Positions 42,032 through 50,101 of a stretch of 64,000 nt of DNA are shown here, in pieces. Location of the stretch: NCBI GenBank assembly GCA_027317645.1, contig DAHVQS010000003.1, positions 9,236 through 73,235 on the forward strand. The letters are read 5' to 3'. A model generated the notes under the pieces. The model had not been told where the DNA came from. It was given only the letters and a program-made list of their open reading frames with translations, and did not search any database. Source of the DNA: Paenalcaligenes sp. (GTDB lineage Bacteria; Pseudomonadota; Gammaproteobacteria; Burkholderiales; Burkholderiaceae_B). Position 1 is the stretch's first letter; every line of letters begins with the position of its first letter. Made by a program: the position numbers and the translations under genes.

Positions 42032-42799
42032 ATGATGCTTGATTTATTGCGTGATTTTCAGCCTGTATCTCTTGCTGAGCTCGATCAACGGGCGCGGCTG
42101 ATGCGACGCACTGACAATAAATATGTGCTAGATGCTCAGCAATTGAGATCATTTTTGCAGCAGCACCAGACGGATTACGATGTATTGACCATAGACGGGG
42201 TGCAGCAGTTTCATTACCGCAATTTATACTTTGATAGCCCTGACTTTGATACGTTTAGAGATCACAATATGGGGCGTCGACGCCGTTTTAAAATTAGGTT
42301 TCGCCACTATCATGAGGCGCAGCTTTATTTTTTTGAGGTCAAAATCAAAGGATTCAGAAATGAGACCTTGAAATATAGGCAACGCACCGATCAAAGCGCT
42401 TTCGAGGCGGCTCAGCTACCTGAGTCTTTATATCAATTTGCCAGCCGGCATATCCAAGAGCACTATGATTACCCTTTGACCTATCCCTTGTTGCCGGCGA
42501 TGTATGTGGATTATGAGCGCATCACATTGGTGGGCAAAGAACAGGCGGTGCGCATTACCATTGACAACCATATACGCTATCGCAGTGCTGAGGGCACGCA
42601 GGCCCTGGCCGCTGATTATTATGTGGTCGAGGTCAAATCGGCGTTGGGTCGTTCGGCAGCGGACCGCTGGTTAAGAGCGCATCGCAAGCATCCGGTACAG
42701 CGTTGTTCCAAATACTGTATGGGGGTCAATTTACTGGCCTTTCCGGATAAGAACACGCGCTTTCGCCCGGTGCTGCGTCGCCAATTTCAGCATCAGTAG
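42032..42799 (+). CDS. VTC-domain (CYTH-like, polyphosphate-polymerase-domain) protein
   Basis: 255 aa. Contains RTDNKYVL, YRNLYFDSPDFD, RRRFKIRFRHY and YFFEVK, the pattern I associate with bacterial VTC-domain proteins. Confidence 0.65.
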   Translation: MMLDLLRDFQPVSLAELDQRARLMRRTDNKYVLDAQQLRSFLQQHQTDYDVLTIDGVQQFHYRNLYFDSPDFDTFRDHNMGRRRRFKIRFRHYHEAQLYFFEVKIKGFRNETLKYRQRTDQSAFEAAQLPESLYQFASRHIQEHYDYPLTYPLLPAMYVDYERITLVGKEQAVRITIDNHIRYRSAEGTQALAADYYVVEVKSALGRSAADRWLRAHRKHPVQRCSKYCMGVNLLAFPDKNTRFRPVLRRQFQHQ

Positions 42800-43062
42800 C
42801 GGCGGCCGCTGCGGCGTAATCGATTGAGCGAATCGCGGTTGAGTCTTTGGGCCTCTTCTTCTGCGTAGGCTTCCTCACCGGGTTCGTAGGGGCCTTTGTA
42901 CATACATTCATCGGGATTGAGCGCGCACATCATGCGTTGAGCAGCCAGTGACGGGGAGCGTGAGCTACTGCTGCTAGAGTGCCCGCCTGGTGAGGCGCAA
43001 GCGGCTAATAAACTGGCTAATGCAATGAGGGAGAGAGGGCGGGCTAAAGATGTCAGATTCAT
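42793..43062 (-). CDS. Hypothetical small lipoprotein
   Basis: 89 aa. Signal plus lipobox LLAAC. Ser-run, then a Cys-containing acidic/basic tail. Its 3' end overlaps the VTC gene by 7 nt. Confidence 0.5.
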   Translation of the reverse strand: MNLTSLARPLSLIALASLLAACASPGGHSSSSSSRSPSLAAQRMMCALNPDECMYKGPYEPGEEAYAEEEAQRLNRDSLNRLRRSGRRY

Positions 43063-43349
43063 GATGCACTCTTTCTATCTTTTTACTGCCTATATAAAAG
43101 GCGACGTATGAATAAATGCCAACAATAACGATACTAAAACCCCAAAGTGTAGCAAAGATTGGCTGCTGAAACTCGTGATTTACAGGGGCTTACTTTTGTG
43201 TTGAGGAGATGCGAATTCTTGATATTTTTGTTTTAGAGTCAAGGTTTTTTTTATTTTTTTCGTTCTAAAAAAGAGATTATTTAGAAAATAGCGGTGTTTG
43301 TTGCATTAAAAGAACAGAAAAAGTGTATAAACAGGGCCTAAAGTGCTCC

Positions 43350-43389
43350 CTAGGGTTTTCCCCTAGCTTTTGCCTAGGGTTTACCCTAG
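43350..43389. promoter_or_regulatory. Two adjacent CTAG-rich palindromes (candidate operator pair)
   Basis: CTAGGGTTTTCCCCTAG at 43350-43366 and CTAGGGTTTACCCTAG at 43374-43389, separated by 7 nt, in an AT-rich spacer. Confidence 0.4.
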
Positions 43390-43449
43390 AATAGAAGATG
43401 TAGTTAGCAGTTATTGATTAAACGCATCGTTATTCAAAGGGTAGACAGA

Positions 43450-43575
43450 GTGTTACGAGTTTTCAGAAAATTGGATCGCAAAGCAGAGAGATTCTTTAAC
43501 GCACAGGCAGTAACTCGTGGCCGTCAAACCGCTAAGACCGAGTGGGGCATGCAGTTGCAAGACGGCTTCCTGTAA
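43450..43575 (+). CDS. Hypothetical 41-aa basic small ORF (alternatively part of a small RNA)
   Basis: GTG start after AAGGG. Translation is (M)LRVFRKLDRKAERFFNAQAVTRGRQTAKTEWGMQLQDGFL. A strong terminator follows about 110 nt downstream. I recognise no family. Confidence 0.2.
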   Translation: MLRVFRKLDRKAERFFNAQAVTRGRQTAKTEWGMQLQDGFL

Positions 43576-43685
43576 ACTGCACTCAGTGCTTGCAGGGCAG
43601 CGCCTATAGATGTTGATTAGAGTAGTACTTAAAGCAGGCGCTAGATGGTAGAGAAAGTATTTAATCCCTCTAGCACAGAGAAAAG

Positions 43686-43717
43686 AAAAAGGTTCGGCAG
43701 ATGCCGAACCTTTTTTT
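43686..43717. terminator. Bidirectional intrinsic terminator
   Basis: AAAAA-GGTTCGGCAGATGCCGAACC-TTTTTTT. It can serve both the minus-strand TRAP operon and any plus-strand transcript from the spacer. Confidence 0.75.
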
Positions 43718-43805
43718 GTGCCCCTTTGTTATTTTTATTGGGGCGTGAGCTGTTAAACACAGTCAGCCGTTTTGAGCCGGGCTCACCCGCAATGGGTGAG
43801 CTGCC

Positions 43806-45113
43806 TTACTTCAACATGCGTGGTAGCCAGAGTGCAATCTCGGGGAAGAGGAAAATTAATACCAAGCCGAGTAATTGCATCCCGATAAAGGGCCATACCG
43901 AGCCGTATACCTGCCCCATATGAACATCCTTGGGTAATATCCCTTTGATCCAAAACAGGACAAAGCCAAAGGGCGGTGATAAGTAGGCGACCTGGATGTT
44001 GACAATAAACAGCACCCCGAACCAAATCTTGTCAATGCCTAGCTCAGTAATAATGGGCAAGAACAAGGGCGTGCACAGCATGATGATAGCCCAGTCGTCC
44101 ATGACGGTACCCAATACCAAGACAATGAGCATCATGGTAATCAGTACCCCCGTGGTCCCCCCTGGTACGTTGAGTAACAGGTCAGTGAGCAAATCTTGGG
44201 AGCCGAGTGAGTTAAAAATGTTGAGGTAAATATTGGCCCCAATCAGGATCCAGAAACCCATACCACAGAGTTTGAGTGTGGAGAGCAGCGAGTCTCTGAG
44301 AATCTGCCAAGTGAGCTGGCGATAGAGCAGGTTAATGATCAAGGCACCTGCCGCACCAAAGCTGGCTGACTCTGCTGGGGTTGCAATACCGCCCCAGATG
44401 GAGCCCAAAACAATCACAATCAGCAGGACAAAGGGCCAGATGTCCAATACCGAACGGACTTTTTCACCGGTGCTAAAACGCTGATCCGCTGGCAGTGGTG
44501 GGCCAATGTCAGGCTGGAAATGGCTACGCACCCCGATATAGAGCACATAAAAGGCAGCCAGCATCAGACCGGGGATCACCCCAGCGATAAATAGGTCACC
44601 GATGGAGGCGTTGGCCAATAGGCCGTAGAAAATAAAGGGTACGCTGGGTGGAATCAAGGCCCCTAAAGCCCCCCCAGCCCCAATGGCGCCAATAGCGATT
44701 TTGCGGCTGTAGCCGTAGCGCATCATTGAGGGGTAGGCAATTTGCCCCATGGTAATCGTTGCTGGTGGGGTAATACCGGTCACCGCAGCGAAAATGGTAC
44801 AGACCATCACGGTCCCCATCGCTAAGCCCCCAGCGATGTGCCCAATGAGCTTGTACACCGCATTGTAGGCCGCATCGGCGACGCCCGAGTAGCGTATCAG
44901 ATTACCCATCAATAAGAACAGCGGGATGGTAATCAGGATGGAGTTCCATGGGGTGTAATAAAAGGCACTGGGAATCGCTAACAACGAGCGAGGAGAAAAT
45001 ATGGCCGCAAATAGCACCGCCGTGCCCCCGAGCCCAAATGCAACGGGCAGGCCCAAAAATAGGACCAGGAACATGACGATGAAATACAAAAAGGTGATTA
45101 ATTCTAGGCTCAT
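43806..45113 (-). CDS. TRAP transporter large permease (DctM family)
   Basis: 435 aa, polytopic. DctM-like N-terminus and length. Confidence 0.88.
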   Translation of the reverse strand: MSLELITFLYFIVMFLVLFLGLPVAFGLGGTAVLFAAIFSPRSLLAIPSAFYYTPWNSILITIPLFLLMGNLIRYSGVADAAYNAVYKLIGHIAGGLAMGTVMVCTIFAAVTGITPPATITMGQIAYPSMMRYGYSRKIAIGAIGAGGALGALIPPSVPFIFYGLLANASIGDLFIAGVIPGLMLAAFYVLYIGVRSHFQPDIGPPLPADQRFSTGEKVRSVLDIWPFVLLIVIVLGSIWGGIATPAESASFGAAGALIINLLYRQLTWQILRDSLLSTLKLCGMGFWILIGANIYLNIFNSLGSQDLLTDLLLNVPGGTTGVLITMMLIVLVLGTVMDDWAIIMLCTPLFLPIITELGIDKIWFGVLFIVNIQVAYLSPPFGFVLFWIKGILPKDVHMGQVYGSVWPFIGMQLLGLVLIFLFPEIALWLPRMLK

Positions 45114-45239
45114 TGGGCTACTGTGTCCTTCTTATCATTGTCAAAACTCTATAGGCAATGAATGGCTAACAGCTAACAGCTAAAAGATACAAAAGTAGAG
45201 GAAAGCGATGGTGTGTCGCCTTCCTCTGGCCTCAGTGAA

Positions 45240-46289
45240 TTACTGATTTTCTTCAAAATAGCGCTGCCAGAGTTCTACCCCTTTGGCGTTGCGCTCGGAG
45301 AGCTCGGCGACCTTGGGCCAGACCTCTTCTATAGATTTTTCACGCATGCGCTGGACTTCTTCTTCGGACATCTCGATGACCTCACCGCCTTCGTCAATGA
45401 GGGCTTGTAAGGCATCATCCGCTGCCTCGGCGTGCATGGCACTGGTTTTGAAATAGGTTTCCTCAAAAATGCCTTCTATTTTTTCTTGTTGCCAAGGCGT
45501 GAGCTCGTTCCAAGCATCTAAGTTGACGAAAATTTCTTGGTGCTGAGCAGGGTTCCAACCGGGCAAGCTGGCGTATTTAATGACCTCTTGGAAGTTCATG
45601 TCTTTAATACCGCCGGTATCCCAGTAGGTCCCTTCGATGGCGCCCAAGCGAATGGAGGTATAGATGTCTCCAGCGTCCATGGATACAGGAGAGCCGCCCA
45701 TGGCCTGGTGGAACAACGCCTGTGGACCACCTGCACGCATTTTCTTGCCCTGCAGGTCTTCAAGCTTTTCAATGGGGAAGTTGGAGAACATGGCGTTCGG
45801 GCCTTGGTTGGTCCAGCCTACCCAGTGTAGGTTGCGCTCGTTGGCGGCCTCTTGGACCAGCTCGCCGATGCGGTAATCAGGGTTGCCCCACATCGCATCC
45901 CAGGCCTCTTCTGAGCTGGTTGCCCCCATGGCCAAGCCATAGGCCAGCATACCCTCGGGCATTTCACCACCGTAAACGGTGGCCCAGCCTGCGTAACCAT
46001 CGGTCATCCCTGCGGAGGCTGCACCAAAGGCTTCTGAGCCACTGGTGAGCGATCCTACAGGCTCAACGCGGATTTTCACTGTGCCTTCGGTCGCCTCTTC
46101 AACGGCCTCGACCCACGGCAGCAAGCCACGGTGCCAGCCAGCATCAGAGCTGTCAAAAGCAGGCTGGAAAGTCCAAGTCGTCACGGTATCAGGTGGACCG
46201 TCATTATCAGCAGCAAAGGTAACAGGGCTAAAAGCCAGTGCAACTGCAGCCGCGGCAATCGCCGGTGCAAAGAGAGTTTTTGGTCTCAT
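45240..46289 (-). CDS. TRAP transporter solute-binding protein (DctP-type)
   Basis: Start set at MRPKTLFAPAIAAAAVALAFSPVTFA, after a GGAGGA Shine-Dalgarno sequence. Periplasmic binding-protein size. Flanked by the Q and M genes. Confidence 0.8.
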   Translation of the reverse strand: MRPKTLFAPAIAAAAVALAFSPVTFAADNDGPPDTVTTWTFQPAFDSSDAGWHRGLLPWVEAVEEATEGTVKIRVEPVGSLTSGSEAFGAASAGMTDGYAGWATVYGGEMPEGMLAYGLAMGATSSEEAWDAMWGNPDYRIGELVQEAANERNLHWVGWTNQGPNAMFSNFPIEKLEDLQGKKMRAGGPQALFHQAMGGSPVSMDAGDIYTSIRLGAIEGTYWDTGGIKDMNFQEVIKYASLPGWNPAQHQEIFVNLDAWNELTPWQQEKIEGIFEETYFKTSAMHAEAADDALQALIDEGGEVIEMSEEEVQRMREKSIEEVWPKVAELSERNAKGVELWQRYFEENQ

Positions 46290-46344
46290 GGTATTCCTCC
46301 GAATGGTAGGTTGTATAAAGGTTTGAGTGCTGTCCATTTTGTTG

Positions 46345-46860
46345 TTAGCCAGTCGTTGATTGCTTGCAAAAAATGGTTTTTAAATCGCAGAGAAACTTGC
46401 GAATTGCGAGCAATAAGACGACGCAAGCACTCAAAGGAATGATGGTTTTGATGGGGTAAATAGGAATGCGTACTGCGGTAGGGGTCATCTGATTGAGCTT
46501 GATAGAGATCAGCGCGCTTTGATAGCCCTTCCAGATCAGTACTCCCAAAAACATAAAGGTGAATACTGCGGTGATGACGTCGGCAATGGCCTTGGTGCGG
46601 GTGGAAAAGTTAGCGTAAAAAAGGTCTAGGCGAATGAACTCGTCGTTTTTATACGCAAAAGCACCCGCCATGCACGCCAGTAGCACCAAGGCGGCTTGTA
46701 AAGAGGTGCCTATCCATAGTGAAGGTGAGTTGAGCACATAACGAAAGTAAACGTCAGTCAGTGCAAATATCATGCAGTACAGGATGATCAGGACACCAAT
46801 AAACCCCATCAGGTTGGTAATCCAGTCCAGTAATCTGCTGCTCAATGCTGATATTTTCAT
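46345..46860 (-). CDS. TRAP transporter small permease (DctQ family)
   Basis: 171 aa, four hydrophobic segments. First gene of the Q-P-M operon. Confidence 0.8.
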   Translation of the reverse strand: MKISALSSRLLDWITNLMGFIGVLIILYCMIFALTDVYFRYVLNSPSLWIGTSLQAALVLLACMAGAFAYKNDEFIRLDLFYANFSTRTKAIADVITAVFTFMFLGVLIWKGYQSALISIKLNQMTPTAVRIPIYPIKTIIPLSACVVLLLAIRKFLCDLKTIFCKQSTTG

Positions 46861-46887
46861 AGGTGTCCCCAGCTTTTGGCGAATAGC

Positions 46888-46937
46888 CTCTTATAAGAAA
46901 TCAGATGTCGTTAAAATGGGCAATATGCTTATAAGAG
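46888..46937. promoter_or_regulatory. Perfect 10-bp inverted repeat in the TRAP / cobW-like divergent spacer
   Basis: CTCTTATAAG at 46888-46897 and CTTATAAGAG at 46928-46937, separated by 30 nt. Starts 28 nt upstream of the dctQ start. Confidence 0.35.
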
Positions 46938-47246
46938 AGGCGGAAAAGTTTAAGTTTTGATTGAATTCAAGTATAAATATAGAAAACGATACGAATAGTT
47001 CCTACTAGTGAAATCCCTATCGTCGGCTTAAATCGCTCTCAATTTCCAGCCTTTTTGCGGCTTTTGCGCATTTTCTATGAGTTTTATAACCACCGAAAAG
47101 AGGATTAATTATTTTAGGAGCTATCATTTATCTGGTATTTTTGGTAATAATGATATTTTTTGTTCCAGAAATCAGTCCTCAATCAGTCTTTGAGGTATGA
47201 GAGGGCAGCATAAGCCGCTGCGCCTGTGGATTTTTGCAATTGGGTG

Positions 47247-48194
47247 ATGGCAGTGAAAAAAATTCCTTTGACCGTTGTGGGTGGCTTTCTGGGCGCTGGC
47301 AAAACGACGCTATTAAATAATTTGCTGCAGACCACTAGTGGACGCCGTATTGCTGTGTTGGTTAATGATTTCGGCCCCATCAACATAGACACTCAATTAA
47401 TTGCCCAGCACGAGGGTGAAACCATCAGCCTGACCAATGGGTGTATTTGCTGCTCTATTGGCTCTGGGTTAGATGCCGCCCTCATTGATGTGCTTAGCCG
47501 CGATCCTCAACCTGATTGGGTGGTCATTGAATCCAGTGGCGTATCCGACCCGGCGCCCATCGCCAGTGTGGGCTTGACTGAGCCCAGTCTCAAGCTGGCT
47601 GGCGTCGTGACCGTGATTGATGCCGAGCAGATCCAGACACAGGCGGCAGATCCTCTATTGCATGACACCATTGAGGCGCAAATTCAAGGCGCTGACTTAC
47701 TGATTCTGAACAAAACAGACTTATTGGCGGCAGAGACATTAGCGCAGTGTCGCGCATTTATTGAGCAGCGCTATGGCGCACTCCCCATCTATGAAACAAG
47801 CCATGGGCAGGTGGATGAAACACTGCTTTTCGAGGTGGACGAGACGCCTGTATTGGCTCGCGACGGAGCAATGCAGCACGCTCCTGCCAGTGATCACCCA
47901 TTTGAGACAGCCTTGTGGACAGGGCAGGGCACACTCTCGGCGGATGGGTTGATGGCTTATTTTCGGCGCCTGCCGCGGGGTGTTTTCCGTGCCAAAGGTT
48001 TTGTACGCACGGATTATCACGGATGGGTTTCCATACAATTTGCAGGCCGTCGCCTGCAGTTTCTCCCGGTGGGTCAGAGTGATGACAGCGCTCTGACTCA
48101 GAATCAAATCGTATTTATACAGGCACCCGATGCCGTGGATTTAACGACCTTAGCCGCTGATTTAGATCAGCTTACGGTCGCATCCAACGAGTAA
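47247..48194 (+). CDS. CobW/G3E-family P-loop GTPase (metallochaperone-type)
   Basis: Contains GGFLGAGKTTLLN and the CxCC metal motif GCICCS. Also NKTDL and a CobW C-terminal-like domain. Start could be ATG 47247 or GTG 47226. Confidence 0.85.
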   Translation: MAVKKIPLTVVGGFLGAGKTTLLNNLLQTTSGRRIAVLVNDFGPINIDTQLIAQHEGETISLTNGCICCSIGSGLDAALIDVLSRDPQPDWVVIESSGVSDPAPIASVGLTEPSLKLAGVVTVIDAEQIQTQAADPLLHDTIEAQIQGADLLILNKTDLLAAETLAQCRAFIEQRYGALPIYETSHGQVDETLLFEVDETPVLARDGAMQHAPASDHPFETALWTGQGTLSADGLMAYFRRLPRGVFRAKGFVRTDYHGWVSIQFAGRRLQFLPVGQSDDSALTQNQIVFIQAPDAVDLTTLAADLDQLTVASNE

Positions 48195-48209
48195 ATTCAG
48201 GATAGAACG

Positions 48210-49283
48210 ATGACTTCCACCACCTTACAAGTGGGCTCGCACAGCCCTAATGATTTAACTGCAAACAAAGCTGATGAGGCTCAGTCGAGCGTCCCCCGAG
48301 GGCCATCCCGTTGGTATGGTATTGCACTGGCTGCCCTGGTGGCGGTGGTGGCGACTGTATTGGGCAATTGGTTACCCACGGTAGGTGGGCCGGTGTTTGC
48401 TATTTTGTTGGGTTTGGGTATTCGCAATACCATTGGCGTGATGCCTATCTGCCAGCCAGGGTTAACCTTTGCGTCCAAAGCTGTTTTACAGTGGTCTATT
48501 ATTTTGCTGGGCTTTGGCCTGAGTTTTAATCAAGTCGTGCGTGCTGGATTGGATTCGCTGTGGGTGACCATCATTACCATCGCCGCTGCTTTTGTGACGG
48601 CGTATGTATTGGGTCGCCTGCTCAAGGTCGGGGACAAGCTGCGCAATTTAATCGGTGCCGGTACCGCCATTTGCGGGGGATCGGCCATTGCGGCTGTGGC
48701 ACCCATCATCGAACCCGAGGAGCATGAGACGGCCTTGGCCATTTCTACTATCTTTTTATTTAATGTGGCCGCTGTGTTGGTATTTCCCTTTTTTGGTCAT
48801 GTGCTCAATATGACAGACCTGGGCTTTGGCCTGTGGGCAGGGACGGCTATTAATGATACTTCTTCGGTGGTTGCGGCAGCTTATAGTTTTAGCAATGAGG
48901 CGGGTGACTACGCTACGATTGTTAAATTGACGCGAGCCACCTTTATCATTCCCATTTGTTTGGTCTATGTCTATTTAGAGGTACGCCGTAATCGCCAGGC
49001 AGGCGGACGTTTAAGCATTCGTCGCCTCATCCCCTGGTTTATTATTTGGTTTGTTTGTGCCTCGTTGGTGCGTTCCACGGGGGTATTGCCAGCAGAACTG
49101 CTCAGCATCCTGTCTCATTCGGCCAAGTTTCTGATGGTGTTAGCGCTGGCCGCGATTGGGTTATCCAGTAATATGCGTACCATGGCCAAAGCAGGCTGGC
49201 AGCCATTAGTATTGGGGCTGGGAACATGGTTTGCAGTGGCAACGACCAGTTTGGGGGTGCAAACCTTTAGTGGTGCTTGGTAA
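48210..49283 (+). CDS. YeiH/TauZ-type putative sulfate exporter (PSE family) membrane protein
   Basis: 357 aa, polytopic. UPF0324/YeiH-like architecture. 15 nt after the cobW-like gene. Confidence 0.7.
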   Translation: MTSTTLQVGSHSPNDLTANKADEAQSSVPRGPSRWYGIALAALVAVVATVLGNWLPTVGGPVFAILLGLGIRNTIGVMPICQPGLTFASKAVLQWSIILLGFGLSFNQVVRAGLDSLWVTIITIAAAFVTAYVLGRLLKVGDKLRNLIGAGTAICGGSAIAAVAPIIEPEEHETALAISTIFLFNVAAVLVFPFFGHVLNMTDLGFGLWAGTAINDTSSVVAAAYSFSNEAGDYATIVKLTRATFIIPICLVYVYLEVRRNRQAGGRLSIRRLIPWFIIWFVCASLVRSTGVLPAELLSILSHSAKFLMVLALAAIGLSSNMRTMAKAGWQPLVLGLGTWFAVATTSLGVQTFSGAW

Positions 49284-49339
49284 TCAATCACAACGGGCAT
49301 GCAGTGCGCATGCCCGTGCTCTGGGTGTGACGACACAAC

Positions 49340-50101
49340 CTAATCAAAATAATTCGTCACGCTGCCATACATGAGCGCCAAACCGATCAACACCAAAGAA
49401 ATAAAGGTGATTTGACGCATGGTCACCGGGCGCACTGGCGGCGGAAAGCGCTGTGCAAAAATAGTCGCCGCTGCGACACATGGCAGGGCCAATAAAGAAA
49501 TCAGCAATGAGTTTTTAGGCAGCCCTGTGGCGACTACCTCATAGGCCGTCCGCGAGAATGCCGTACAAGCAAAAATTAATAACAGCATATTGCGGGTTTC
49601 AACCAAGGTAAATGGCTGTCGGTACATATGAAAGATAATCGGCGGGCCGGGCATCCCAAAGAGCCCACCGCATAAGCCCGAAATAAAACCAATGCTAAAG
49701 AAAGCCCGCAGGCGGGATCGCTTTGTGCGTTGCCGTGGGCGTAGGGCAAAGATGACCCCGCTATAGACAATGACCAAGCCCAAGAGAAATTCTAGGATGT
49801 ATTTCGCTTGCACATTGAGGTAATTGAGTAATAAGACCCCTAAAATACTCGAGGGGACCACACCTAAGAGGGTGGTATTGGTGCATTCCCAATTAATGTG
49901 ATGAATATGATTGCGCAGTGCTAATCCGCTGTTGGCCAGGCTGATAATGCTGACGACTGTAGCGATAAAGGGCACGCTGGTGAGTTCTAGACCACTGCTC
50001 ACGCCAATCACTATCATGGCGAGCCCAAAACCTGTCACTGTCTGAAAGTAGGTCCCCAGGGCAATGATGAATAATAAAAAAACCGTATCAAAGACACTCA
50101 T
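49340..50101 (-). CDS. tauE: TauE/SafE-family sulfite exporter
   Basis: 253 aa. Duplicated 4-TM organisation. ATG overlaps the pta stop as ATGA. Confidence 0.8.
   Translation of the reverse strand: MSVFDTVFLLFIIALGTYFQTVTGFGLAMIVIGVSSGLELTSVPFIATVVSIISLANSGLALRNHIHHINWECTNTTLLGVVPSSILGVLLLNYLNVQAKYILEFLLGLVIVYSGVIFALRPRQRTKRSRLRAFFSIGFISGLCGGLFGMPGPPIIFHMYRQPFTLVETRNMLLLIFACTAFSRTAYEVVATGLPKNSLLISLLALPCVAAATIFAQRFPPPVRPVTMRQITFISLVLIGLALMYGSVTNYFD

Noticed and set aside
41797-43100. tRNA-Ser as the attachment site of an integrative island
   Set aside because: No integrase, excisionase or transposase is present anywhere in the window. I found no convincing direct repeat of the tRNA 3' end downstream, only an 8-nt AATCCCTC match at about 43663.
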